From a virus (lineage: Duplodnaviria; Caudoviricetes), in the IMG/VR virus record IMGVR_UViG_3300048598_000585, positions 1 to 50,742 of that record: a stretch of DNA of 50,742 nt; one strand, 5' to 3'. Both the position numbers and the translations under genes were made by a program. The notes below the pieces were generated by a model. The model searched no databases. It had not been told where the DNA came from and was given only the letters and a program-made list of their open reading frames with translations. Each line of letters starts with the position of its first letter. The first letter of the stretch is position 1. This document shows positions 37,201 through 45,260 of this stretch, one piece after another.

Positions 37201-37474
37201 ATTGCCCACGGGTCACAACGCCATGGCGGACAAACTCGACGAGTTGCAGGACATCGCCGCCGACACCGCAGGCATGGCAGAACCAACCCTGCTTGTCGAG
37301 CCAGACGTGGAGTGAGCGGTGCGACTGGCTCCGGTGATTCGGGCAATCGCAGAACAGGGTTTGCCGCGACTCTTGTGTGATGCGACCGGCGAGGAGTTCA
37401 CGGGCCAGATCACCGATATCCACATCGGTGATCTTCCTGTAATACACATGGACGTCAATCGGATGTGGGGTCAC
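34238..37474 (-). CDS. Primase-helicase (CHC2 zinc finger + TOPRIM + C-terminal P-loop helicase)
   Basis: CDCPNH..WFCHACGVGGD; ITEGVTD..CQDN; QGSGKG Walker A; FIDN; MTGNN. Confidence 0.9.
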   Translation of the reverse strand: MTPHPIDVHVYYRKITDVDIGDLARELLAGRITQESRQTLFCDCPNHRSQSHRSLHVWLDKQGWFCHACGVGGDVLQLVEFVRHGVVTRGQSGSMPESHRQARDFLATRVGAPPLSQLGRSVQEIAEAEEQHRRSVRVRDALTALADVYHQRLAGNAEVLTWFKAKYGIGEETTRRLKIGWADNDGPSVIRTLSDGPGAFTLRELAATSAFRPTAQDGLVPCFDRRLVFPYWSRGHVVFMIGRHTPWTPDHDWEKPKYKKLALRNDRNNAHVASSIRNDVLYNEDVLLTHPERVIITEGVTDCISLMEHGFPVVSPVTIQIREADWERLLPKLTGVKTVFICQDNEISEAGTQGALKTARILGAHGILTRVAVLPLGEKQQVARRKLRECFGGDIASPAKNLPQEAEGLLADSKIDVNEYFASGKTATDFEAILAAAMTPLELAISKLSTDVPDADLSRLIAPILSEAGRFDPIEQDRYLRLIQARCGKIRLPVTTLRKQMKVVEIARPRRAARGGVFGGGRPSALAATAPEVDPETQPLPAIQVNNRQLRDVIADSWMAIHAMNELAGADVPDRPLLFQKGGALVRIAGTGAQARIDVLGETAIYGMLARSANWLKLTEHAVFAVPPSKDTARDMLVNPDPTLPPLESVIRTPTFGRDFSLITSAGYHRADALWMFSDDSLEIPEVPANPTREQIAYARGRLVDELLVDFPFVKDSDRAHAVASILLPFLQRVVGGLAPIHLIEAPTQGSGKGLLASLISVVSTGATSPGRTLPEGEDEVRKMITAELMTGRQIIFIDNLSEKRKLDSAALASVVTQEWWTDRLLGESTMLRLRNNALWLMTGNNPRLSGEMSRRCIRLRIDPRIDMPWLREGFKHPLIADWAKENRSSLVHAALTLAQAWIAAGKPLHATRLGSFESWSGTMGGVLDVAGIPGFLGNLNELYQAADTDGQMWREFTSAWWAASRDAPMRVSELNRFCEERDLMANLRGDGSERSQQSRLGRALTAKRDRVFNGLTVKQIGPTNHRTGVLYGLASADGGSASGSTAAGSAVADSRSTDLLDFRGGDFGGDLGDYDPT

Positions 37475-39669
37475 ACGCGATCCTCCGGATGGAGCAGGAA
37501 GGAGAGAAAGGTGTTTCGACGGTCGACCTGGCGCTTGGCGGCGCAGTTGTCAATGCCCCAGCGGTCGCCGAGGATGATTACCGAGTCCTTGGCGCGCGTG
37601 ACCGCCGTGTATAGAAGATTGCGGTGGTGCATGAACGAGTGCGACTTATGGGCGATCACGAGCGCACAAGGGAATTCCGATCCCTGCACCTTGTGAATTG
37701 AGGTCGCATAGGCCAGCTGAATATTGCCGAGAGCATCGCTGCCGCTCTTGATCTCCACAGGCCGGCCATCGAAGTCGATCTCGAGGCTGCCGTCCGACTT
37801 CGCCGCCAGGACGACACCCATGGCTCCGTTCATCACGCCCAACTCATAGTCGTTCTTGGTCTGGATCACCTTGTCGCCCGGATACGGCCTTGCGCGGTGG
37901 CCGGCTTCGACGGTCAGCACATTGACGCCGAACAACTTCTTTTGCAGGAGGCGCTGCAGTTCGATGTTCAATTCCACTGTGCCGAGTGGGCCTTTGTGCG
38001 TCGGCGTGAGCACCTGGACGTCGCGAATCAGGTCGTAGCCGAGCCGTTCATGAAGAACTTCGTCGAAGAGAAGCAGCAGCATTCGACGAACATCCTCGCG
38101 GTCGGAGAACTTATCGATGACGTACCAGGGCCGACGCGGGCCCACGAACGAATCCGACGTAGGCCGCACTTCGCCGTTGAGGATGGCGGTGGAATTCTCC
38201 TTCAGGACTCCGGCCTGGCGAATGATCCTTGTCAGTACCGTGGTGGGAATCGCACGGGACCGCACAAGGTCTCGCAGCAGGTTCCCCGGACCCACCGGCG
38301 GCAACTGGTTGTGATCCCCGACAAGAACCACGGCAGTGCGTGCGCGATCCACAGCCTGGAACAGCCGCCAGGCGAGTGGAACGTCCGTCATCGAAACTTC
38401 ATCCACCACGAGGATGTCGGCTTCAATCGGATTCAGAGCGTCCCGCGCATAGGTGTGGCCATTGAAACCCAGCAGCCGATGAATAGTGCTTGCCTCGTGC
38501 CCAACTACCTCTTCAATGCGTTTGGCTGCTTTGCCGGTCGGCGCGGCCAGAACGAGCTTCACTTCCAGTCGTTCGGCAATACTGGCAATGGTCGAAACGG
38601 CATAAGTCTTCCCGCTGCCAGCGCCGCCCGTCATCAGGGAGATGGAGCACGACATGGCGTTCTTCACCGCATCCCTCTGCTCGGAATTCAATTCGCCGCC
38701 CTCGGCGTCGAGTAATCCCTGTATATCGGTGACGGCGTGCGGACTGCGCCGACCGGCGGTCTTCATGACTTCGGCGAGTTCCGTCTCCATCCGGTGAATC
38801 TCGGGATCGGCAACCACAAGCCGTTCGAACGGCTGGGACACAAGTCGCCCCTCGCCGATCAGGGCTTCCAGGTGCCCCTCAATCACCTCGCGGCTATCGA
38901 GCGTGTCCATCACGAGCAGCGTGTTGGCGCGGTTAAGCAGATCTTCGTATTCGACCCAGCAATCTCCGTCATCGAGTGCGGTGAGGATACAGAAGTGGAG
39001 CCCTGCCCGAATTCGTGACGGCAGATCCTTCGGCGTCCCCATCTTGCGCGCGATCTTGTCGACTCGCTTGAAGCCGAAGCCGACGATCTCCCGGACGAGC
39101 ACGTAGGGATCTTTCTCGAGAATCGGAACGACCATGCTGCCGAACTTCTCCACCAGCGTGGTCACCTGATGGTGGGTGAGCTCAAAGCTGGCCAAGTAAG
39201 TCATCGCGCCGTTGAAGTCGCTGTTGGCGATCCAGATGCGCTGGAGGTCGAGAATCGCTTCCAACGCCACCTTTGCGGTCGCAGCTACGGCCTCGGGCTG
39301 GTTCCGGATCGCCACGTCGAAGCGCGCGCCGAACTCATCGGCAATCAACCGCGCCTTCACAGGCCCGATGCCTTTGACGTCAGGGTGGTTCGCCAGGAAG
39401 TTCGCCAGGCCATCCGGGTCCATCTCCTGATCGAAACCCATGCAGTCGGCCGCGAATTGCCGACCGTACTTCGGATGGTGAGTCCACTGGCCTTCCAGCC
39501 GAACGGCGTCATTCTCCCTGGCAAATACCTTCCCCGCGAAGTTGATGAGATTGCCCTCTGTCGTGCGGAGGCGCCCGGCGCTGAACGCCGGGCCCGAGTA
39601 GAAAACCGTCTCCACGATTCCGCGCAGGGAAGAAAGCACTCCCGCGGCACTCGACTTGGCCTTCGTCAT
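37471..39669 (-). CDS. recD2: RecD2-like SF1 helicase
   Basis: HPKYGRQF, HhH KGIGPVKA, GGAGSGKT, APTGKAA, VDEVSM, VGDHNQLPPVGPG, HKVQGSEF, LYTAVTRAK. Confidence 0.93.
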   Translation of the reverse strand: MTKAKSSAAGVLSSLRGIVETVFYSGPAFSAGRLRTTEGNLINFAGKVFARENDAVRLEGQWTHHPKYGRQFAADCMGFDQEMDPDGLANFLANHPDVKGIGPVKARLIADEFGARFDVAIRNQPEAVAATAKVALEAILDLQRIWIANSDFNGAMTYLASFELTHHQVTTLVEKFGSMVVPILEKDPYVLVREIVGFGFKRVDKIARKMGTPKDLPSRIRAGLHFCILTALDDGDCWVEYEDLLNRANTLLVMDTLDSREVIEGHLEALIGEGRLVSQPFERLVVADPEIHRMETELAEVMKTAGRRSPHAVTDIQGLLDAEGGELNSEQRDAVKNAMSCSISLMTGGAGSGKTYAVSTIASIAERLEVKLVLAAPTGKAAKRIEEVVGHEASTIHRLLGFNGHTYARDALNPIEADILVVDEVSMTDVPLAWRLFQAVDRARTAVVLVGDHNQLPPVGPGNLLRDLVRSRAIPTTVLTRIIRQAGVLKENSTAILNGEVRPTSDSFVGPRRPWYVIDKFSDREDVRRMLLLLFDEVLHERLGYDLIRDVQVLTPTHKGPLGTVELNIELQRLLQKKLFGVNVLTVEAGHRARPYPGDKVIQTKNDYELGVMNGAMGVVLAAKSDGSLEIDFDGRPVEIKSGSDALGNIQLAYATSIHKVQGSEFPCALVIAHKSHSFMHHRNLLYTAVTRAKDSVIILGDRWGIDNCAAKRQVDRRNTFLSFLLHPEDRV

Positions 39670-40124
39670 GGTTGCCACCTTGCGTGAGCGCCGAGCAGGT
39701 AAGCCTGGACAAACTGACAGGCCGCCTGACGGTTGGAACAAAAGAACACGGGGACGCGGAAGTCGAGGGTGATGGACAGGCTGCTGCCGAGCACAGCGTT
39801 GGGATGAGCACCGCCTCGGTAGCGCCCTTGCAGCACTTCCAGCAAGCTGGCCTCGACGACCACGCAAGCAGCGCGGTAGCCAGCCAGTTTCGAGAGTTCG
39901 CGCCGAAAGCGGGCTCGCTGGTGAATCAACGTGGAGACGAAATCGTCGAGCGTTTTGCGTTCAACGGCAACCACATCCTCCAGGCCCGCGACCGAGTAAT
40001 CCCCGGCTGGCAGGGCGCGGCGTTCCACCGCCACCAGCCGGGAATCGAACGAAAACGGCTCCTGCTCCCTCGTGTCGGCGATAAGGGTGACCAGCGGCGG
40101 GCTAGAACGGGACAAGAGCGTCAC
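39666..40124 (-). CDS. ERCC4 (XPF/Mus81-type) domain nuclease
   Basis: ADTREQ, GDYS and VERKTLDDF motifs. Confidence 0.9.
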   Translation of the reverse strand: MTLLSRSSPPLVTLIADTREQEPFSFDSRLVAVERRALPAGDYSVAGLEDVVAVERKTLDDFVSTLIHQRARFRRELSKLAGYRAACVVVEASLLEVLQGRYRGGAHPNAVLGSSLSITLDFRVPVFFCSNRQAACQFVQAYLLGAHARWQP

Positions 40125-40557
40125 CGGCCTCCTGCCGGAATTTGCTCGGAGTCCGGTCGTTGACGATGCGGCTGTTGAAGTAGATGTTCTCGTTGTCGCC
40201 CTTGGTCTTCTTGGTGACCTCCAGCTTCACGTCGAGCAGTTTGCTGAGATGTCTGGGCAGGTCGGAGAGTTTGTCCAGGTCCAGACCGCAAATGTGCAGA
40301 TCGGTCTTCACGAACTTCAGCGTGTTGGCGGTGAAGACGCTATTGCGCCACATCAGGCGGTTAACGTAGCGCGGTGCGAGGATACGCAGCGTCCACTTCA
40401 GCATCGGGTTTCCGGTGGTATGCGCTTCGGTGATTTCCACCTTTTCGACTGCAACCTGATACTTGCCGTCGGGAACGCTGTCCATGTCGGACTGCTCGGC
40501 CGGAGTTTCACTCCGAAAGTCCTCGTCAAACTGCGACAAATCAATGGTCTTGCTCAT
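40102..40557 (-). CDS. DUF669 family protein (probable ssDNA-binding protein)
   Basis: VPDGKYQVAVEKVE..GNPMLKW; C-terminal VPF tail. Confidence 0.8.
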   Translation of the reverse strand: MSKTIDLSQFDEDFRSETPAEQSDMDSVPDGKYQVAVEKVEITEAHTTGNPMLKWTLRILAPRYVNRLMWRNSVFTANTLKFVKTDLHICGLDLDKLSDLPRHLSKLLDVKLEVTKKTKGDNENIYFNSRIVNDRTPSKFRQEAGDALVPF

Positions 40558-40580
40558 AATCGGATCTCCTTGGGACTGAT

Positions 40581-41336
40581 CTACTTCGCGGTCGTGGTCG
40601 CCGGCCTGCTGGTTGCTGCCGTTTTGGCCGCTGTTGATGGGGCATTGAATGCGGTCAGGAATGCCTTGAAATCGAGATCGAGGGTCTCCGGCAACCGGCC
40701 CGTGCGGTCGCCAGCCTCGTAGTAGAGGCTCGGCTTGGTGCGGATCACGCGGCGCGGCCGCTGCTCGCTGTCTTCGCCAGTCGACTTCTCAAGGTCGCAG
40801 TACAGCACCATGTCGACCATGCCGAGCACGATCTTGCGGGCCTTGTCCGGCAGTGTCGGCACGACGCGCGTGAGTTTCCCAGTGCGGGTCTCCACCTCGA
40901 TCTCCTTGGCGTGCGAGATAAGGAACAGGCCGTAGGGCTGGAAGGCAAGCTTAGTGAGTACCCGCTGGAATTCGTTGTTGATCAGGGCGTATCCCTTGCC
41001 ATAGCCGAGGTCCGACTCATGCTCGACTTTGAACTTCTTGAGGATGTAGTCGGCGCAGAACTTGTAAGCGTTGTCGACGGTGTCGATGATCACGGTCTTG
41101 AACGAGTGTTGGCCGGCGACGATCTCCGCGCACGCCTCGAGTAGGTCGTCCCAGGACTGGATCGGCACCTGGTAGACGTCGAGCGCATTCAAGCCGGGCT
41201 CGGTCGCCAAGAACAGGGCGTTCTCGGCATGCGAACAGAAATCGCTCTTCCCGATTTTTGTCTGGCCGTAAGCGAGCACGGTGAGGTCCGCCAAGTACGG
41301 CTTGGGTGCGGTCTTCGCGCTGGGTAGTATTACCAT
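40581..41336 (-). CDS. AAA_24/Sak4-like ATPase (single-strand annealing recombinase)
   Basis: YGQTKIGKS, TVIIDT, GYGKGY, LISH and EAGDR motifs. Confidence 0.85.
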   Translation of the reverse strand: MVILPSAKTAPKPYLADLTVLAYGQTKIGKSDFCSHAENALFLATEPGLNALDVYQVPIQSWDDLLEACAEIVAGQHSFKTVIIDTVDNAYKFCADYILKKFKVEHESDLGYGKGYALINNEFQRVLTKLAFQPYGLFLISHAKEIEVETRTGKLTRVVPTLPDKARKIVLGMVDMVLYCDLEKSTGEDSEQRPRRVIRTKPSLYYEAGDRTGRLPETLDLDFKAFLTAFNAPSTAAKTAATSRPATTTAK

Positions 41337-41351
41337 TTCAATCGGTCTCCT

Positions 41352-42371
41352 TTAGAAGGCTGGTTCGGTCGTTTCGTTCGGCAGCACGCGCAATTCTTCG
41401 TTGGGCGCCACGCGCTGATAGAAGTTCTCGATGAGGTTGGGGTTGCCGTTTGAGCGGCAGAGCGCAAAGTACGCGCAGGGCCGGTGATAGTTGAAGCAGA
41501 AACTGGTGTTTTGGTAGAAGACGCCGCGGCGGCGAGCGTCCAGGAATGCCTGGGTCAGTTCCCATAGTTCGCTGCGCAGAATGTTAGAGCGGTCGCGCGA
41601 GAGGTACAGCATTTCCCGATGCAGCATCTCCGGATCGGTGTACTTCCCCGCGAGGCGATCCTGGAACTCCTCATCCGTCTCCGGCAGCTTCCGCTTCGCG
41701 GTAGTCTTGCTCGTCTTCGACTTCGCCAGCAATTCCGCGCGGCGGACTTCGTACTCCTCCTGCGACTCACCCTTGCTCTGCTGGAGCTTCGCTTTGACGA
41801 GGATGTTGTAGAGGATGCCTGTGATGGGGATGCCCATCGTCTGCTCCACGTAGTAGGCATAGATGGTGATCTGGAAGTCGGTCCAGAGTCGTTCCAAATA
41901 GTCGGCGTCGATCTGGGCGGCGGTCTTGTTCTCCAGGAGGAAGTATTCGTTCCCGATGCGGACGATTCCATCCACCTTGCCGGCGAGCACAAAAGTGCGT
42001 GAGGCTGCGCTGGTGGCTGGATTGATGATTGGCCCCTCGAAGGTCTTCTCCAGAGCCACCACTTCGAATTCTTCCGACGCGTAGCGGACCGCGTAGGCCT
42101 TCATCATCGCGGTGGCGAGATGCCAATCCCGTTGCTGGTTGTCATCTTGCGTTCGGTTGGGGCACAGCTTGTCGATGAGCGCCAGCACCTCGACAAGGTC
42201 CCGCCGCTGATGCCACGCCTCGAGGCATTCATGGATGAGCGAGCCGAAGTGCAGGTTCCTGTCGCGTTCGAGTGGAACCAGTTGCTGGAGGTAGCGCCAT
42301 TCCACCGCCTTCCGGCAGTTCCGGAAGAGTGACCACATGCTGTAGGTCGAGGTCATCTGCGGGACGCTCAC
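41352..42371 (-). CDS. PD-(D/E)XK exonuclease (RecB/Cas4-like)
   Basis: FGSLIHE, LAGKVDG..LLENKT, QITIY and C-terminal Cys cluster. Confidence 0.85.
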   Translation of the reverse strand: MSVPQMTSTYSMWSLFRNCRKAVEWRYLQQLVPLERDRNLHFGSLIHECLEAWHQRRDLVEVLALIDKLCPNRTQDDNQQRDWHLATAMMKAYAVRYASEEFEVVALEKTFEGPIINPATSAASRTFVLAGKVDGIVRIGNEYFLLENKTAAQIDADYLERLWTDFQITIYAYYVEQTMGIPITGILYNILVKAKLQQSKGESQEEYEVRRAELLAKSKTSKTTAKRKLPETDEEFQDRLAGKYTDPEMLHREMLYLSRDRSNILRSELWELTQAFLDARRRGVFYQNTSFCFNYHRPCAYFALCRSNGNPNLIENFYQRVAPNEELRVLPNETTEPAF

Positions 42372-42661
42372 CGGACACCTCCAAGACGGTTTACTCGGGC
42401 AGGGGCAGTCGTATGGTGCCCGTCAGAGGTTGCCTTGAGAGCTTCGAACTTCAGGTCGCGGTCATGGGAGTGCGGGCTTCTGTCGGCTGTCTTCGAGCGA
42501 CGGTACTTCGCCAAGCCGACGCCGATTCCGGCGGCGAGTGCCAGCATCTGAACACGCACGATTCGGAGCATGCCGGCAAGGCCGTGACGGCAGAGCATCA
42601 GCGCCGCCCACAGCAGCGCTGCCAGGGATAGAAAGGTGGTGATCGCGGGTACTATTTCCAT
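42368..42661 (-). CDS. Small membrane protein
   Basis: Two hydrophobic segments; AGGAG RBS. Confidence 0.5.
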   Translation of the reverse strand: MEIVPAITTFLSLAALLWAALMLCRHGLAGMLRIVRVQMLALAAGIGVGLAKYRRSKTADRSPHSHDRDLKFEALKATSDGHHTTAPARVNRLGGVR

Positions 42662-42783
42662 TGATTGCTCCTGATTGAGTTGTTGTAGTTGCGTGTGAGA
42701 GCTGCGCCGAGCAGCCCGGCTACGCCAAGCATCGAGCTGGGCCGCGTCGTGGTGCGCCTCATCGATGGGCATACCGCGGGCGT

Positions 42784-43296
42784 TCATTGCCAGCCTCGAT
42801 TAGGCCTAAAGCCAGCGGCGACAAACTTCCGGCGTAACCGGAGAATGCGGTCGTGGACGGTGGATCGAGGCAGGCCCAAGATCCGGCCCGCCTCCGCCGG
42901 CGAGTGTTCCATAAGCAGGCGAACCAGCTGCTGGTCGTAGTGATCAAACGCTGATGAGAGCCTCTCGACATCAGCTTGGAACTCGCCGGCCTCCGCCTCG
43001 GATTCGATCGGCTGCAGCCCTGCTGAACTCAGAGAAACGTTCGGAGGCAATCGCCGGGCCGTCCGCACGAGAGTTGCGATGCGGCTGGCGATGACTCGCT
43101 CGATGTATGTCCGGAGGGACGCCCGCGCTGGGTCGAATTGTGGGAGGGCACGCCAGCAGGCTGTCAGCCCCTCCTGCTCGAAATCAGCCAGGTCCGCGAC
43201 CCGGATGGCGCCACTCACAACCGCCGCCGTGGCGCGAGCCCTCGCCGCACGCACTGCCATCGGATAGGCCTGCTCGAAGGTCGCCGCCTCAACCAT
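42784..43296 (-). CDS. ECF-like sigma-70 family factor
   Basis: DFEQEG..W....FDPARASLRTY (region 2) and C-terminal HTH SPAEAGRILGLPRSTVHDRI (region 4). Confidence 0.75.
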   Translation of the reverse strand: MVEAATFEQAYPMAVRAARARATAAVVSGAIRVADLADFEQEGLTACWRALPQFDPARASLRTYIERVIASRIATLVRTARRLPPNVSLSSAGLQPIESEAEAGEFQADVERLSSAFDHYDQQLVRLLMEHSPAEAGRILGLPRSTVHDRILRLRRKFVAAGFRPNRGWQ

Positions 43297-43636
43297 TGCG
43301 GAGCCTCCCGGCCATTTCGACTTCCATCGAGAACGGCAGCCCATGCTTAACTTCGAGCGTCCGGATTTCCCCGATGTCGACGGCACGAACGTACTCGAAC
43401 AGTTCGGCTACCTGCGGTTTGAGTTCGAACTCGGCAGCTGGGACCTTCGACGCGCCCGGCTCCTGGGAGCCGAACTTCACTTCGCGCACGGAAGTAGGCC
43501 ATGGGGTGAGCACGATCTCGCCGCGCTCAATGCGGAGATACTCGAACCGCCCGAATCTGAGCGTCCGAATTGCGGCGATCAAGCGGCGCTCGGAAAGGCG
43601 CAGATCTTTGGTGGTGGATGGACGGCGGCTGGTCAC
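43289..43636 (-). CDS. Hypothetical protein (115 aa)
   Basis: Coupled ORF; FGRFEYLRIERGE...LEVKHGLPF. Confidence 0.7.
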   Translation of the reverse strand: MTSRRPSTTKDLRLSERRLIAAIRTLRFGRFEYLRIERGEIVLTPWPTSVREVKFGSQEPGASKVPAAEFELKPQVAELFEYVRAVDIGEIRTLEVKHGLPFSMEVEMAGRLRNG

Positions 43637-43914
43637 TTCACCACCTCGGCGGCGGTTCCGGCGTCACTGAAGAGGTTGCCTAACCTGTTCTGCGCGTGTT
43701 CCTGCTGGTATCGAGGCGACGCGCCGATTGTGGTGAACCGTTGGCCTTTCTTCCCAGATCGGTATTCAGAGAATCCGCACGGGAGGGGAAGTCTGCGCGT
43801 GATCGCCAGGCTGGGACCCAGAATGACGGCGGCTTCACCTTCACCCAATCGCCGCTCAACGCGCGGCACCCCATCGGCGCTGCATTGAATCTGTTCTTGA
43901 ATTGCAGTCACCAC
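43633..43914 (-). CDS. Hypothetical protein
   Basis: Fills the gap at the head of the early operon; overlaps the next start. Confidence 0.35.
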   Translation of the reverse strand: MVTAIQEQIQCSADGVPRVERRLGEGEAAVILGPSLAITRRLPLPCGFSEYRSGKKGQRFTTIGASPRYQQEHAQNRLGNLFSDAGTAAEVVK

Positions 43915-43956
43915 ATGAGCTTGCGGCTCAGTGCGGGAAGGAGGTCAAGGGGAGGA

Positions 43957-44068
43957 GGGGGGAGTAAAATGTCGATAGAAAGTGGCACCCAGGGGGAGTA
44001 AACAGGGGGAGTAAGGGGAGAGTGAAGAGGGGGAGTAAGGGGGGAGTAAAGGGGGAGTGAGAAGGGGG
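43957..44068. repeat. Array of about 7 GGGG(G/A)GAGT(A/G)A direct repeats
   Basis: Copies at about 43958, 43992, 44005, 44015, 44029, 44040 and 44051; intergenic. Confidence 0.85.
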
Positions 44069-44078
44069 CGTCGCACGA

Positions 44079-44903
44079 CTATTCCCGTTCCCGCGCCGAC
44101 GAGGGTAATCGCGTGATTCCCGACAGCACGTTCTCAATTCGCTTCGCCATGACCGAATCCTGGCTAAGCTTTCCGTGCCGCCAGCGCTTCATGTCCGTCT
44201 TATAGACATTGGCTGCCCGACAAATGGCGGCAATGCTCACTCCGTGTTGTTGTCGGAATTTCTGGAGCCTCGCCTCGCGCTCTAGCGCCAACCCGGCCGC
44301 CGTGGGCTCGGTTGCTTCCCGCGGTCGCACGGACCGCGTGCTTCCCACCATGTCCGATGTCATGATGCCGTCGCCGGGCCTTTGTGATGACGAGCCAATT
44401 GCATGCAGACCACAACTCCGGCGTTTCCAGGACTCCAGCTTCAGTCGAGCAATGTCCTTGGCCGCAGCCGAATAGACGAGCCGCTGAAAGTGAGCTAAGG
44501 TTTCTGGCATTTCTTTTGCCGACACGAGGTCGTAGGGGTGTAGTTTCTGCTGGTAAGTTGTGCCCGCCACGTCGGCAACGCAATGCTGAGTGAATGACTC
44601 GAAGCGCGCCGGCTCGTCCGTCTCTTCGTCCGCCACAACAAGAATCGCGAGGATCACCGTGCGGGCGTAGTCGATAGCCGCTTTCCAATGCGGCGGGATG
44701 GACGATTGAGAACTGCGGCCGATGAGCTTCGGGTTCTGAACTGTGGATTCAGCCCAATCAGCTGCGGATGCCTCTGAATGAAAGACGATTTCTGCGGCCG
44801 CCGAAGCTCCCCGCACAGGCAGCGTGCTTGCGAGAGATCGCATCCATTCCTCGGCCTCTCCATCCGGAGTCCGAGGAGGGTCGCCGCCTTTCTTCGTGCT
44901 CAC
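44079..44903 (-). CDS. Putative transcriptional regulator with C-terminal Xre-like HTH
   Basis: QQHGVSIAAICRAANVYKTDMKRWRHG..MAKRIENVL; GAGG RBS. Confidence 0.6.
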   Translation of the reverse strand: MSTKKGGDPPRTPDGEAEEWMRSLASTLPVRGASAAAEIVFHSEASAADWAESTVQNPKLIGRSSQSSIPPHWKAAIDYARTVILAILVVADEETDEPARFESFTQHCVADVAGTTYQQKLHPYDLVSAKEMPETLAHFQRLVYSAAAKDIARLKLESWKRRSCGLHAIGSSSQRPGDGIMTSDMVGSTRSVRPREATEPTAAGLALEREARLQKFRQQHGVSIAAICRAANVYKTDMKRWRHGKLSQDSVMAKRIENVLSGITRLPSSARERE

Positions 44904-45260
44904 CTCGCCTGCACCCCACTTTGTGCGGAAAAGAGATGCGGAGGCCAGGCCAGGATCTTCCTGCTCGTGGAGGAGAATATGGCGGCGCGCCGAACCTCAT
45001 CAATTTGCTCTTAAGTCGCTGGTCTGATGTGAGTCCTCCTTTGCTCAAGAACCTAGTGCAGCAAAGACCGCCTTCTAAGAATTGGCCGCCGAGTCGACAC
45101 GCGTACCCGGCTCGATAAAACCGAGTGCATCGTCTGTCAGAAGTGCAGGCGCCACCAGCAGCGCACGATGCCGAAGACTGCAGCGCCCGTCAGTGGTGGC
45201 CCGAATACCACAGGCCTGTCGTGCAGTCGGATTTCGTACGAGGATAGACCTCGCTCCGAC

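Noticed and set aside
41352-42371. cas4 of a CRISPR system
   Set aside because: No cas1/cas2 or array; context is a phage recombination operon
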